51,550 nucleotides of DNA from a virus (IMGVR_UViG_3300025401_000005:1-51550), one strand, 5' to 3'; positions 8,989 to 19,416 are shown, counted from the first letter of the stretch. A program made the numbers and translations. Notes: generated by a model not told the origin, from the letters alone.

Positions 8989-11900
8989 ATGCCATTTGAT
9001 ATCAACGGCGCAAGAAAAGCCGGTTATTCTGATGAGCAGATTTCTGAATTTCTCTCGTCGAACAACCCTAGCTTTGATGTGTCTGGAGCGCAAAAGGCTG
9101 GGTACACGCTGGATGATATAGCTGGAACTTTGGCACAACCAAAACAACAGCAAGATACGCAACTTCCCACGCCAGAGCAGACAGGTAAGGTTATTAATCT
9201 TCCTCCCATTCCAGAAATCACCCAAGCAAAGCCAATGGGTTTTATGGAACAAGCAGGAAGATTCATGTCTCCATTGCTTGGCCCTACGGAAGCGCAAAAA
9301 ATTGAAGAAGCTGTTCCTTTTGGTAAAACCGCAACAGGAGAAACCAAGTATGAATACAAGCCATTAGCAAGTCGATTAGAGCAGGAGCAGGGGATTTTTA
9401 CACCTTTTATTACCACTCCACAACTTCAGTCAACTCCAACAGATACAACCGCTGAAGCAATAGGAAAGGGAGCTTTCAATGTGGGAGCAGGGGTGTTGGG
9501 ATCTTTTATGAGTCCTGGTGGCGTGCTTCTTGGCGGGGTTCCAAAAGAATTAGAAAGTGCCGCTGAAGGAGTAAAGCAAATTGGCAGGGGGGCGGCTGGA
9601 TTGTTTGCTGGTCAAATGCTTGGAGCAATTCCTGGCCAAGTGCAGGAAGCAATTAATCCTAATTTGCCATTGCAGGAGAGAATTCAAGGAGGATTGGGTG
9701 CTGTTGTTGGATTGGGATTTGGAGGTCTTGCCGCCAAACACGCAATAATGGGAGAAAAACGTCCATCGCCCGAAAATATACCCGGCCCCGCTCCAGAGGT
9801 TGCTCCATCTACCGTCCCTGGCGTTGACTCAAAAGAAGCGGCAATTATTTCCAAAGCGGATGATTTGCATGAGGTTCCCTCGCCCCCCAGTGAGGTTACC
9901 GGCCCTACGATTAATATCCCTGCCGCAACTTCAGAGGAATTAAACCGCGCAAAGATTTCCGATCTTGTTGCCCAACAACTGGAGCATGAGGAAGGATCGC
10001 CAGAGCATACTGCCATTCAGCAACAGATTGATGCTTTACAGAAACCCGCTGAAAAAACTCAATTTCCTGATCTAAATGAATGGACTGAAAATCAGAAGCA
10101 ATATTTACAGCAATTAGAACAACAGAAACCCGCTGAAGAAATTTCTAATGCTCCTGAAAATGATCTAGATAAACAGCTTCAAGATCTTACTGATGAACAA
10201 AATAGGCTTGTCATAGATGAACTACCAAAATATCCGGAAGGAAGCATTGGAAGGAGACAAGTTCAAGACAGAATTGATGCAATACGCTTACAGCAAGTTG
10301 ATCTTAATAAACAAAGGGAACTTGTAATTTCAGAGGAAACCAAACCCGCTGAAGCCCCTGCTGAAGCAAAACCTAAAGAAGAAAATGCCGTTCAAGTCGA
10401 AAAAACAGGAGAAGTGGGCGTTCGCAACGCACCAACCGTGGGCGAAGGAGTGGGCGCAGAAAACAAACCAGAAGTCCCTGCCACAGAAGGTGAAGAAAAG
10501 CCCAAAGAAGAAGTAGCTCCAATAACAGAAAACAGCAGAACTACAAATCGTGATTATAGTGGCTACCCAAAAGGAACCCAAGTAGAAATTGTTTCAAGAA
10601 GCAAAGATCCTTTATCTACGGATGTAAAAATAAAGTATCCCGATGGCAAAATTGATTCTTTTCCAGAGGCGTGGCTTAAAAAACCAAAGACATCTGCAAC
10701 AAAGCCAAAAGAAACCCTTCCAAGTCTTGTTAAAACAAGGGGAAGAGATGCAGTAAATGATCTTCTTAATGAGTGGAACGAAGCTGAATTAAGTCCAGAT
10801 GGTAAATACATTTTAGGTGTTGTTGATCCAAGATCATCAATGAAGCCAGAGCGCATTCCTGTAAGGGAGTTCCTTGATTGGTTGCAAGATAAGGAATCAA
10901 CATCAAAAGTAGAAGTAGGGCCAGAAGCCGACGCTACTACCCCAACTATTGAGACTACTGGCGAAGGACAGTTATTCCGAGAGGATGCTCTTCCATTTAA
11001 TCTTGCTGGAGAAGAGTTGCCGCCAGAACCTGAAAAGCCAACTGTAGGCACAGAGGAAGAGCAACAGCTTCCTATGGGCGAAACTCCAAAGCCAACGGAG
11101 CCAGAGAAGCCATCAAACCCATACAAGGATCTTCTTAATAAAGTAGTAACCAGCATCAAGACTCATTCAGAATTTGCAAACGAAGCTGAAAAAGTAGCAA
11201 AGAAAACGCGCAATAAATTTCTCCAAGAATCGGTAGACAATTACCGGGACGCAATGGAAATCGGAGCGGACATGGAGTCAGAGTTCGAGAAGTTGCTTGC
11301 CGATGTTGAGCGTGAAGCCAATTACCATGATCAAGGAATAAAACCATCAGAGCGAGGATTGCCAAAAAGCAGATATAGAAAACCCCAATACTTTGGAGGC
11401 AAAAATGGAGATGAAGTAATTCGATATCTTCAAGAGAACAAAATCCTTCCAAAGAAAGCATGGGAAAAGAAAATTCGTGAAAGCGGTAGGCAAGTTACCG
11501 GCGGGGAATATGATGATATGCCAGAGATCCCCCAAAAGCATTCCAAGACTCTTTATGGAACTAATGGGGAAGGCCAGGTAATTGATGATGCATTGACAGG
11601 ATTACATAGTGCCGGCTTGGGATTGAATATAGAAACTGTTCCAGAACTTTGGCAGTACATCAAAGATGCTTCCGATAGTGCATTAAAAGAAGAAAAGGAA
11701 ACTACGGAACAATCCCGGATTGAAAAGAAAATTGAAACCGAAAGGGAGAAGATGCGGAAGTTGGCTCAAAAAGATCCAGAGAAATACGCTTCCGAAATGG
11801 ATCAAGACTTGAGGGACTACTTCAATGCTCGCCGTGGAGATACAGGAGGATTCCTTGAATTTCCAGATTCAGTAAAAGAAGCGGCAACCAATTTCGGCAA

Positions 11901-14900
11901 AGCTATTTATAAGGCTGGAATGACATTTCGTGATTGGTCACGCGAAATGATTTCTCGTCTTGGAAATGGAGTTCGTGATTTCCTGCGACAAATCTGGAAT
12001 GCGTGGAGTTCAACAGGGAGATCTGGAGGAATTGGTCGAATTCCTGGTGAAGATGAAGCGGCATTGCGCGCAAGAATTGAAAGGGAAAAGTACGGCCCCC
12101 CTTCTCCCCAAGAGGCATACGCAAATAAACTTTACGATGCTCTGACAAAAACTCATGGAAGTCCCGCTACGGAAGAGGAACTGTCTCGCGGACTGTCCAG
12201 CAAGTTCCCCGGCATTACATCCCGCGAGATTACGGATCTTTACAACAAAGCATCTGGAAAAGCGGAGGCAAGACCATCCGTTACTGCTCCAGAAACGGGC
12301 GGCGAGGGTCGCACGACCGGCCTTAAAAGGGCCACAGTTTCACAAGAAAGACTCGCCCGTGGGTTGGAGGAATTAAATCCAGAAGAAAGACCCGGAGCCG
12401 AGGAAGCCGTTGCTAATGCCGTTGAAAAAAACAAAGACACAACAGCTTCATCAAACCTTGTTGCAAATATTTTAGAAGGAGGCAAGCGAAACATCAGTCA
12501 TGATGATGCCGCTTTATTGCTGGCAGAAAGAAATAGGGTTCTTGGAGAACAGGAAAAGTGGCAAAAGATTTATCTTGATGAAAAAACAAATGATGTTGAA
12601 AGGGCAAATGCTGAAAACAAATTAAACGAAATAGAATCTCAACTTGATCGACTTGATAAGGCCCAAAAAATTGTTGGCACTCAATGGAGTGATATTGGTC
12701 GTTTATATCAACGATTGATTGCTGAAGATAATTCAATTCAAGCAATACAGACAAGGTGGAGAAAGGCCAAGGGGTCTTCTTTGTCTCCAGAAGAAAATAT
12801 TCAGATTTCCGATCTTTCCAAAAGACTTACAGATTTGCAGAAAAAGTATGAGGAACTCCAAAATAAGATAAACGAAACAAAATCTGATGGCGTAAAGGAG
12901 ACTTTGGAAAAGACCATAAAGGATTTGGAAGACAAGTTGGCTAAATCACAAAAGGAAAAGAAGCCAACATCTGAAAAACAACCAAAGGAAGGGCCAAAGT
13001 ATAGCGACAAAATCATCAACAAGATTAGCTCTTTGGCTGAACAGGCTAGGGAAAGAAAAGCCAAAAGAAGAGCAGAAGGACGGTTTATGTCGGGATATGA
13101 TCCCGCTGAATTTGCTGACGATGTAATAATTGCATCTGAATATATTGCTCATGGAGTAAAAAATGCCGCCGATTTTGCAATAAAGATAAAAAATGAACTT
13201 GGCGATGTAACTAAAGAATACATTGATAAGCTATATAAAGCGGCAAATGAAAAAATAAAACAGTTGGATAAGTCCGAATCATCCGATGATGTGAGGGCCA
13301 GGGTAAAAGCTGAAGCAGTTGCCGGCGATGAATTGTCCCAAAAAAGCATTTATGATTTAGTGGTAGCGCATCTTCAAGAAGGATTACATGAAGAGAACGA
13401 GGTCATGAATGCCGTTCTTGATGATGTAAAAGAAGCATATCCAGAAGCAACAATAAGGGATGTTCGCAGAGCATACACCAATTACGGTAAATATAAATTT
13501 CCAAGCAAAGACGAAATCCTTACACGCGCCAGGGAATTGCGAACTCTTTCTAGGCTACAGGAAAGCATTGACCGATTAAATGAAGGATTGAGGCCGCTTA
13601 AAACAGGATTACAGCGCGATAAGGCAATTCAAGAAATTAGGGAAAAGCAAAAGCAGTTAAATGATTTACTGGCAAAAGCAAACGAACCTACTCGCGAACA
13701 GTTTCTTGCTTCAAGGTCTGATGCTGCAAAAACTAGATTGCGAAATGCAATTGAAGATTTAGACAAGCAGTTGAGGACGGGAGAAAGACCCACTCCAAGG
13801 GAAAGAATTGAAGAAGACCCGGAGGTTGAGCAATTGCGTTCCGAAAAAGAGGCAATGCAGAGACTCCGAAATGAGATTGACAGGCAAGAGGCTCCAAAGG
13901 ATTCGCCAGAGGAAAAGGAAAATGAGCGTTTGCGTAAACTGTATGATAAGCAAATTGCCGATCTTGATGAAAAATTAAGAGGCATTGAAAAGCCAAAGCC
14001 AGAAAAGCCAACATTTGAGCAAAGCAGGGAAAATGAACAAAAGATGGCAGAGCGTGATGCAATGCGTGAAAAGCTCAAGGAGATTGAAAAAGAAGAAGCA
14101 GATCGAAAAAAACCATCCTCGGAACAAGCGGAAATTGATCGCATTCAAAAAGCAATTGATGATGTCAATGACCGCATTGCAAAAGGTGAAAAAATTGCAC
14201 CTACTCCCAAAAAAGAACCTTTGACTGAATATGCAAGGAGACTGCGTGAAGATTTGGAAAAAGCGAGAAAGCAATACAAAAGAGTCACAGGCAAAGAACC
14301 AAAGACTCCAGAGCAACGCTATAATGAAGCCAGACAAAAAGCCTGGAAGAAGAAAATTGATGAATTAAATGATAGAATAAAAAGAGGTGATTTCAAGGAA
14401 GCTCCAAAAAAACCAACCCCAAAATTAAATGAGGAGTCGAGAAAAGTATTCTCGGAACTTGAAAAAACAAAACAAGAGGCAAAAGAAGCTGAACAAAAGT
14501 TAGCTTTTGAAAACAGGACTCCTGTACAGAAATTGATAGATAGGGTTATTAAGGCTCCGTGGCATTTCCTAACCGCAATAAAGGTTTTGGGGCATGGAAC
14601 GGTAGGAATGCTTACTCATGCTGGAGGTGTGCTGTGGAGGCCGACAAGGGCTTTGATATATTGGAAAAATTTCCTGCGCCAATTCCCTTTGTGGTTAAGT
14701 CCAAAGTATCATGAGAAGATTATTTATGATTTGATTCACGACAAGGATTTCCAAAAATGGAAAGATGCCGGCGCAAGTATTGACCCAAGGGAAGAGTATA
14801 CAGATTATGGAATGTATGCCAAATGGATGGGTAAATTTGCGGCTGGAGGCAAGCGTGGATTCGATGCTCTAAACCTTGTGCGACTTGAATTAAACAAAAA

Positions 14901-15900
14901 AGATTGGGAGAATGTTTCGGATGATATAAAGGCCAATCCAGAACAAGCTGAAGAAACCAGAAAATATATTGCCGCATTAAACAATAAAGCAACTGGGGCA
15001 TTGCCAAAGGGATATTCGGCTGGAAGACAAATAGCTAGAAACCCATTGATGGATTGGCTTTTCTTTGCCCCAAAATTATACGCAACCAGATTTTCGCGTG
15101 TTTTGTTTGATCCTGTTAGAACTATCAAAACATTTGGTGATTGGTCAAATTCCACACCAGCAGAAAAATACATTGCTACCAAGAGATTGAAAAATGCCGG
15201 TGAGTTTGCGGCTACATACATTGGGGCATTAATGATAAACCAGGCTATTTTGAGTGCTACCGGAAGCAAGCAACAGGTTAACTTTACCGATCCTTCAAAA
15301 ACCGATTGGTTAAAAATGAAGATTGGGAATAAAGTTGTGATGGCAGATGGTGGATTGCTTGATCCAATTAGGCTTATTGGTCGTATCGTGTATGGAGATT
15401 TGATTAAACCGAGAACGGAAAGGGAGGTTTACTTGAAGGGGAATCGTTACCAGCAAGCCATGAAAGACTTAACGGAGTATGTCAGAGGAAAAATGAACCC
15501 AACATTGGGCATAATTACTGATGTATCTACTGGAACTGATTTTCAAGGAAGACCATTGCCTGGGCCGTTGGCAAGGGGAGAAAAGGCGAAATATGCCGAT
15601 CAGCCTCAATACACATGGAAAGAATGGTTGCTGGAGCAGGGGCCGATTCCTTTGTCTGGAGCGACAAAAGATGTATATGAATCCATGAGAGAAAAAGGAT
15701 TAAGTGATGTACAGGCTCAAGACATATTAAAGGGCGCGGCTTTGACTGCCGTTGGAATGACCGGGGCACACGCACAAGAAGATTACTCCCTATTGCCAAA
15801 AACACCTCCAAAATTAAGAAATAAAGGAGCATCATCAAATCCTTTTGGATCTACTGACAGTTCAACCAAGTCACAAAGGAACCCATTTGGAAGTTTTTAA
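8989..15900 (+). CDS. Giant internal virion / ejection protein (2303 aa)
   Basis: Duplicated N-terminal FDxxGAxKAGY module, Gly-rich hydrophobic segments, long E/K coiled coils, C-terminal ..TGTDFQGRP.. region typical of large ejected proteins. No catalytic motif recognised. Confidence 0.7.
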   Translation: MPFDINGARKAGYSDEQISEFLSSNNPSFDVSGAQKAGYTLDDIAGTLAQPKQQQDTQLPTPEQTGKVINLPPIPEITQAKPMGFMEQAGRFMSPLLGPTEAQKIEEAVPFGKTATGETKYEYKPLASRLEQEQGIFTPFITTPQLQSTPTDTTAEAIGKGAFNVGAGVLGSFMSPGGVLLGGVPKELESAAEGVKQIGRGAAGLFAGQMLGAIPGQVQEAINPNLPLQERIQGGLGAVVGLGFGGLAAKHAIMGEKRPSPENIPGPAPEVAPSTVPGVDSKEAAIISKADDLHEVPSPPSEVTGPTINIPAATSEELNRAKISDLVAQQLEHEEGSPEHTAIQQQIDALQKPAEKTQFPDLNEWTENQKQYLQQLEQQKPAEEISNAPENDLDKQLQDLTDEQNRLVIDELPKYPEGSIGRRQVQDRIDAIRLQQVDLNKQRELVISEETKPAEAPAEAKPKEENAVQVEKTGEVGVRNAPTVGEGVGAENKPEVPATEGEEKPKEEVAPITENSRTTNRDYSGYPKGTQVEIVSRSKDPLSTDVKIKYPDGKIDSFPEAWLKKPKTSATKPKETLPSLVKTRGRDAVNDLLNEWNEAELSPDGKYILGVVDPRSSMKPERIPVREFLDWLQDKESTSKVEVGPEADATTPTIETTGEGQLFREDALPFNLAGEELPPEPEKPTVGTEEEQQLPMGETPKPTEPEKPSNPYKDLLNKVVTSIKTHSEFANEAEKVAKKTRNKFLQESVDNYRDAMEIGADMESEFEKLLADVEREANYHDQGIKPSERGLPKSRYRKPQYFGGKNGDEVIRYLQENKILPKKAWEKKIRESGRQVTGGEYDDMPEIPQKHSKTLYGTNGEGQVIDDALTGLHSAGLGLNIETVPELWQYIKDASDSALKEEKETTEQSRIEKKIETEREKMRKLAQKDPEKYASEMDQDLRDYFNARRGDTGGFLEFPDSVKEAATNFGKAIYKAGMTFRDWSREMISRLGNGVRDFLRQIWNAWSSTGRSGGIGRIPGEDEAALRARIEREKYGPPSPQEAYANKLYDALTKTHGSPATEEELSRGLSSKFPGITSREITDLYNKASGKAEARPSVTAPETGGEGRTTGLKRATVSQERLARGLEELNPEERPGAEEAVANAVEKNKDTTASSNLVANILEGGKRNISHDDAALLLAERNRVLGEQEKWQKIYLDEKTNDVERANAENKLNEIESQLDRLDKAQKIVGTQWSDIGRLYQRLIAEDNSIQAIQTRWRKAKGSSLSPEENIQISDLSKRLTDLQKKYEELQNKINETKSDGVKETLEKTIKDLEDKLAKSQKEKKPTSEKQPKEGPKYSDKIINKISSLAEQARERKAKRRAEGRFMSGYDPAEFADDVIIASEYIAHGVKNAADFAIKIKNELGDVTKEYIDKLYKAANEKIKQLDKSESSDDVRARVKAEAVAGDELSQKSIYDLVVAHLQEGLHEENEVMNAVLDDVKEAYPEATIRDVRRAYTNYGKYKFPSKDEILTRARELRTLSRLQESIDRLNEGLRPLKTGLQRDKAIQEIREKQKQLNDLLAKANEPTREQFLASRSDAAKTRLRNAIEDLDKQLRTGERPTPRERIEEDPEVEQLRSEKEAMQRLRNEIDRQEAPKDSPEEKENERLRKLYDKQIADLDEKLRGIEKPKPEKPTFEQSRENEQKMAERDAMREKLKEIEKEEADRKKPSSEQAEIDRIQKAIDDVNDRIAKGEKIAPTPKKEPLTEYARRLREDLEKARKQYKRVTGKEPKTPEQRYNEARQKAWKKKIDELNDRIKRGDFKEAPKKPTPKLNEESRKVFSELEKTKQEAKEAEQKLAFENRTPVQKLIDRVIKAPWHFLTAIKVLGHGTVGMLTHAGGVLWRPTRALIYWKNFLRQFPLWLSPKYHEKIIYDLIHDKDFQKWKDAGASIDPREEYTDYGMYAKWMGKFAAGGKRGFDALNLVRLELNKKDWENVSDDIKANPEQAEETRKYIAALNNKATGALPKGYSAGRQIARNPLMDWLFFAPKLYATRFSRVLFDPVRTIKTFGDWSNSTPAEKYIATKRLKNAGEFAATYIGALMINQAILSATGSKQQVNFTDPSKTDWLKMKIGNKVVMADGGLLDPIRLIGRIVYGDLIKPRTEREVYLKGNRYQQAMKDLTEYVRGKMNPTLGIITDVSTGTDFQGRPLPGPLARGEKAKYADQPQYTWKEWLLEQGPIPLSGATKDVYESMREKGLSDVQAQDILKGAALTAVGMTGAHAQEDYSLLPKTPPKLRNKGASSNPFGSTDSSTKSQRNPFGSF

Positions 15901-15953
15901 CTCTTGCCTTACTTGCCGGTTTCCGAAAGGATTGCCGCTTAACCAACCACGCC

Positions 15954-16262
15954 ATGAGCAAAAAATACATCCTGCCTCCTTCCCTTAAATATCCCTTTGA
16001 GCAGTCAGAGTTCCCCGGTGATCTGAATCTACGAGAGATTCGTGAACAGGGAGAGAAGAACAAGTTGCCAGAGGTTAGCTTTTATCAAGCTATCGTTATC
16101 TCCCTTCTGGAGCAGAGGAACTACTTTGTTGTCGAAACCCTCCGCTATGCCAAGCAGTATGGTCAACTTCCTCCGCAACAGGAGGAGACTCCAGAACCAG
16201 AAGAGAAGAAGGACTTCCCTACGCTGACGCTAATCCACCGTTTCCATAAGAAGTACGAGTAA
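15954..16262 (+). CDS. Hypothetical protein
   Basis: 102-aa ORF with ATG start and tight packing. Confidence 0.6.
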   Translation: MSKKYILPPSLKYPFEQSEFPGDLNLREIREQGEKNKLPEVSFYQAIVISLLEQRNYFVVETLRYAKQYGQLPPQQEETPEPEEKKDFPTLTLIHRFHKKYE

Positions 16263-16265
16263 GTC

Positions 16266-17783
16266 GTGGCTACATATCTCAACCTCGGAAGGTACGGAGA
16301 TGTATGCTCATTCCTTCCTGTTCTCCAAAATGAGTACAACGAGACAGGCACAAAGCCTAGTCTGATCATATCCAAGGACTACGCTGACATTCTGGATGGA
16401 GTCAGCTATGTGGAACCAATTGTCTACGATGGCCCTTTTGAAGACATTGCTGGAGCATTGGATTATGCCAAGACGCTAGGGCATACAGTAACCACAACCC
16501 AAGTTGTCGGGATTACGGATGTTGTGGTAAGCCAAGTCTATGGGAACCATCATGGCCCTGCCATTATCTGTGACTCTTTCCAACAAGATGCTTGGAGGTT
16601 GGCTAACAAGCTGGATCTATGGCCCCGCCAATTGCCTTTGGTATTCGATAGACGGGACAAGAAAAGGGAAAAGAGACTGTACAGGGGCATTCCAAAGACA
16701 AAGCCTTGGATCGTTGTTTCCTCCGGGGGAAACTCCTCACCATTTCCATACAATGATTTGCTATGGGAGATCCTAAAGAACTGCCTTCCAGAGTTCCACA
16801 TCATTGACCTAGCTGAAATCAAAGCTGAAAAGTTCTATGATATTTTAGGTATCATGGATCACCCCAACACGGCGCATCTCATCCTCACCGATAGCGGCCC
16901 TATACACCTCGCATACGCCACTACAAAGCCTGTTCATGCAATCGTGACAGATAGACCATCTCTGTGGCATGGGACGGCTTGGAGACCATTCTACGCTTCC
17001 TATACCCGGTACAGGAACTTCCCAAGGGATGTGACTCGGATCTTGGATCTGATCCGTAACCCTAGACCAAAGGCAACGCTACCGAATATCGTCCATGTTT
17101 ATCAGAGGATGCCTTGGGCTACAGGGGATGAGAAGCGGCGCAATGCCTTGGCTGAAGAGACTTGGAAGGGAATCGGATGGGTGGATCTTGGGTTGGATGA
17201 CAACTGTTTCGTAAGAAGTTCCGCTGAAGTTATACCAGATGAGAAGCGTAGGATACCCATGATCAAGGATATGCTCCGATTGGCTTGCCTTGGCAGGGAT
17301 GATACGGATGTCTTGGTGATGACCAATACCGATACTTGTGTAGCCTCTAACTTTATCCAGAGGCTAGAGGGAACCTTGCCAGCATATGCATATCGTCATG
17401 ACTTTAAGAGGCTGGATGAACCGCTTTCCTATGATCGCATTAGTGCAGGAGCAAAGTATGCAGGGTGTGATCTGTTCGCTATGAGGGTGGGATGGTGGAG
17501 AAGAAACCATCACCTTTTCCCCGATATGGTATTGGGTAGAGAAACATGGGATAAAATACTGCGTGAACTTATGAAGTTATCGGGAGGCAGAGAATTAGAA
17601 AATTGTATTTTCCACGAAATACATCCTTCATTTTGGGAAAATCCTCATAACCTAAACAGAGATCCTTCCAATTTGCGTAATAGATTGCTTGCAAGAAACT
17701 GGCTAATTGAAAGGAATATGCCTTTACAAGAATTAGAGTTTACAAATTATGAAGGCAAGTTCAAGAAACCATCTTTTAAATAG
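16266..17783 (+). CDS. Glycosyltransferase: GT9-like domain fused to a second GT-like domain
   Basis: LGRYGDV and TDSGPIHLAYA GT9 (heptosyltransferase-type) motifs; C-terminal VLVMTNTD resembles a GT-A DxD-like motif. Confidence 0.75.
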   Translation: MATYLNLGRYGDVCSFLPVLQNEYNETGTKPSLIISKDYADILDGVSYVEPIVYDGPFEDIAGALDYAKTLGHTVTTTQVVGITDVVVSQVYGNHHGPAIICDSFQQDAWRLANKLDLWPRQLPLVFDRRDKKREKRLYRGIPKTKPWIVVSSGGNSSPFPYNDLLWEILKNCLPEFHIIDLAEIKAEKFYDILGIMDHPNTAHLILTDSGPIHLAYATTKPVHAIVTDRPSLWHGTAWRPFYASYTRYRNFPRDVTRILDLIRNPRPKATLPNIVHVYQRMPWATGDEKRRNALAEETWKGIGWVDLGLDDNCFVRSSAEVIPDEKRRIPMIKDMLRLACLGRDDTDVLVMTNTDTCVASNFIQRLEGTLPAYAYRHDFKRLDEPLSYDRISAGAKYAGCDLFAMRVGWWRRNHHLFPDMVLGRETWDKILRELMKLSGGRELENCIFHEIHPSFWENPHNLNRDPSNLRNRLLARNWLIERNMPLQELEFTNYEGKFKKPSFK

Positions 17784-17985
17784 TTTGTGGCCCGTGATTA
17801 CAGCACCATAGACCATCTTTGCCATAACCATTCTTTCGGGAGCATTGCCAACTCGTTTTGGCTTTCTCGTCAACGACTACCCAACCGCATAGTGCCGGGT
17901 CATATGCTGATCCCTTGGGGTACTTCTCGGTGACTCCGTAGCGATATTTCTTTAATGCCGTTAATGTTTTAGGTTGCTTAATCAT
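17776..17985 (-). CDS. Small Cys/His protein
   Basis: C..QCSRKNGYG..GLWCCNH; overlaps its neighbours. Confidence 0.6.
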   Translation of the reverse strand: MIKQPKTLTALKKYRYGVTEKYPKGSAYDPALCGWVVVDEKAKTSWQCSRKNGYGKDGLWCCNHGPQTI

Positions 17986-18190
17986 TTTCGTGTTCCTGTT
18001 CTTGGATTGGTTGCTCTAGTGGGATAACTTCTGGAGTTACGGGAACGATTTGGGGAATAGCGGTTACCTGGTAGTAGGCTCCGCAATCCCTGCCATCTGT
18101 TGCCGATAGGTTAGAGACGTAGATGGTCTGTGTCTGGATAGGAGTCGTGTATAACGCTCCTGCTGTGATGATTGAGTATAGTGGGTTCAT
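17978..18190 (-). CDS. Hypothetical protein
   Basis: Start and stop overlap neighbouring ORFs. Confidence 0.55.
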   Translation of the reverse strand: MNPLYSIITAGALYTTPIQTQTIYVSNLSATDGRDCGAYYQVTAIPQIVPVTPEVIPLEQPIQEQEHEND

Positions 18191-18477
18191 TTCCGTTTGT
18201 TTGGGTTAAAGCTAGACATATGCCATCCTCCTTTACACTCGTCGCATTGGTATGCCCGGAGGAAACTGGTGTTGGAATTGCCGTTCTTGAGTAAGTGGTT
18301 GATAGCTTGGTTACACTTGGCTTGAGATGGATAGACACTCTTGCCGCAAATGCCTTTCTTGGGCTTCTCTCGGCCTTCTACAAGGCCCATTTCGATAGCT
18401 TCCCTCTTGTTTATCGGAGGAAGATCGGGAGTCTCTAACCCGATTTCTTTTAGTATGTCATCAATTGGTGATTTCAT
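18187..18477 (-). CDS. Zinc-finger protein
   Basis: CGK..RAYQCDECKGGWHMSS; ATGA overlap at 18474-18477. Confidence 0.65.
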   Translation of the reverse strand: MKSPIDDILKEIGLETPDLPPINKREAIEMGLVEGREKPKKGICGKSVYPSQAKCNQAINHLLKNGNSNTSFLRAYQCDECKGGWHMSSFNPNKRK

Positions 18478-18659
18478 TTTCTTTTGAATCCCTTTTTGCT
18501 GTAGTGCCAATCAGCCTGTTCAAAGTACTCGCACTTGTCTTGTCCCTGTTCTGGCTTAAAGTCTGCATATGATTGGTATTGTGATGTAGGGGCTAGATAC
18601 CTCCAGCACTGCATATGAGAGGGACAATCTGTGTTATCGCATTTACTGATATCGGTCAT
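18474..18659 (-). CDS. Small Cys-rich phage protein
   Basis: MTDISKC..CP..CWRY..QSY..CEYF pattern. Confidence 0.65.
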   Translation of the reverse strand: MTDISKCDNTDCPSHMQCWRYLAPTSQYQSYADFKPEQGQDKCEYFEQADWHYSKKGFKRK

Positions 18660-18886
18660 TGGTTTATTTCCTTTTTGAGTTTAGATAGATCCTTCGATGT
18701 ATTCCTAGCGTCTTGTGGCGTTTCCCATGCCATCATAGCGTCACAGATTGCTACTGCTCTGGTGAGTTGCCCTTCGATCTTCCTGCACAGATCATGGGCA
18801 TCTCTTGTGTCTTCCCAATGCGGGTTTTCAATCCAGTTGTGGCGTAACGCTTCCCCGAATTTATCTGACTGTGGTGTGTCGCTCAT
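18656..18886 (-). CDS. Hypothetical protein (MSDTPQSD...)
   Basis: ATGA overlaps on both sides. Confidence 0.6.
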   Translation of the reverse strand: MSDTPQSDKFGEALRHNWIENPHWEDTRDAHDLCRKIEGQLTRAVAICDAMMAWETPQDARNTSKDLSKLKKEINQ

Positions 18887-19416
18887 TTGAGTTGAACCTT
18901 TTTGTTTCTGGCAAACCATGCCGTCAACGGCGTTCGTCGGTCTTTTTTTTCTGATAAAGCCTCCCATAATTTATCAATCTCCTCACGGAGCCTTGCGACC
19001 TCGTTGTCTTGCTGTTTATCCTTTGCATGGACATTCCCCTCATGGGTGACTTTTGATGCAGGATCTAAACTGACAGGTTCGTTACAATCGCAATGGCTGA
19101 ATTTGTGCGTGGTGTTATGGCAAGTCGGATTAGTTGGTTCCTCTGGCGTTGGGGAGAGTCGGACTCCCTTTTTGAGAAAGTTGTAAAGTTCGCGCTGGGC
19201 CTGTGCGCGAACCGTTTCATCCCAGTGCTGGAGATCGACAGCCGCGCAATGGAGAATCTCGCGGAGCTTTGTGTTCTCCTCGCGCTCGCGGCAAAGTTCG
19301 GTGCGAGAGTGAGACCCATCTGGGTGACGGTTGGTTCCGCATAAAAATGTGGTTCCGTCTGTGAGTGTTGCAAATTCAGCACCGCAGTTGGGGCATTTGT
19401 TTGTGTCGGGGTTCAT
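18883..19416 (-). CDS. Modular hypothetical protein (CPNCG zinc module plus EVARLRE linker)
   Basis: Start MNPDTNKCPNCG at 19416; contains the repeated linker. Confidence 0.6.
   Translation of the reverse strand: MNPDTNKCPNCGAEFATLTDGTTFLCGTNRHPDGSHSRTELCREREENTKLREILHCAAVDLQHWDETVRAQAQRELYNFLKKGVRLSPTPEEPTNPTCHNTTHKFSHCDCNEPVSLDPASKVTHEGNVHAKDKQQDNEVARLREEIDKLWEALSEKKDRRTPLTAWFARNKKVQLK

Noticed and set aside
8989-15900. Giant protein as an N4-like virion RNA polymerase or DarB-like helicase/methylase
   Set aside because: I found no polymerase, Walker or methyltransferase motifs by eye. A profile search is needed to exclude this fully.
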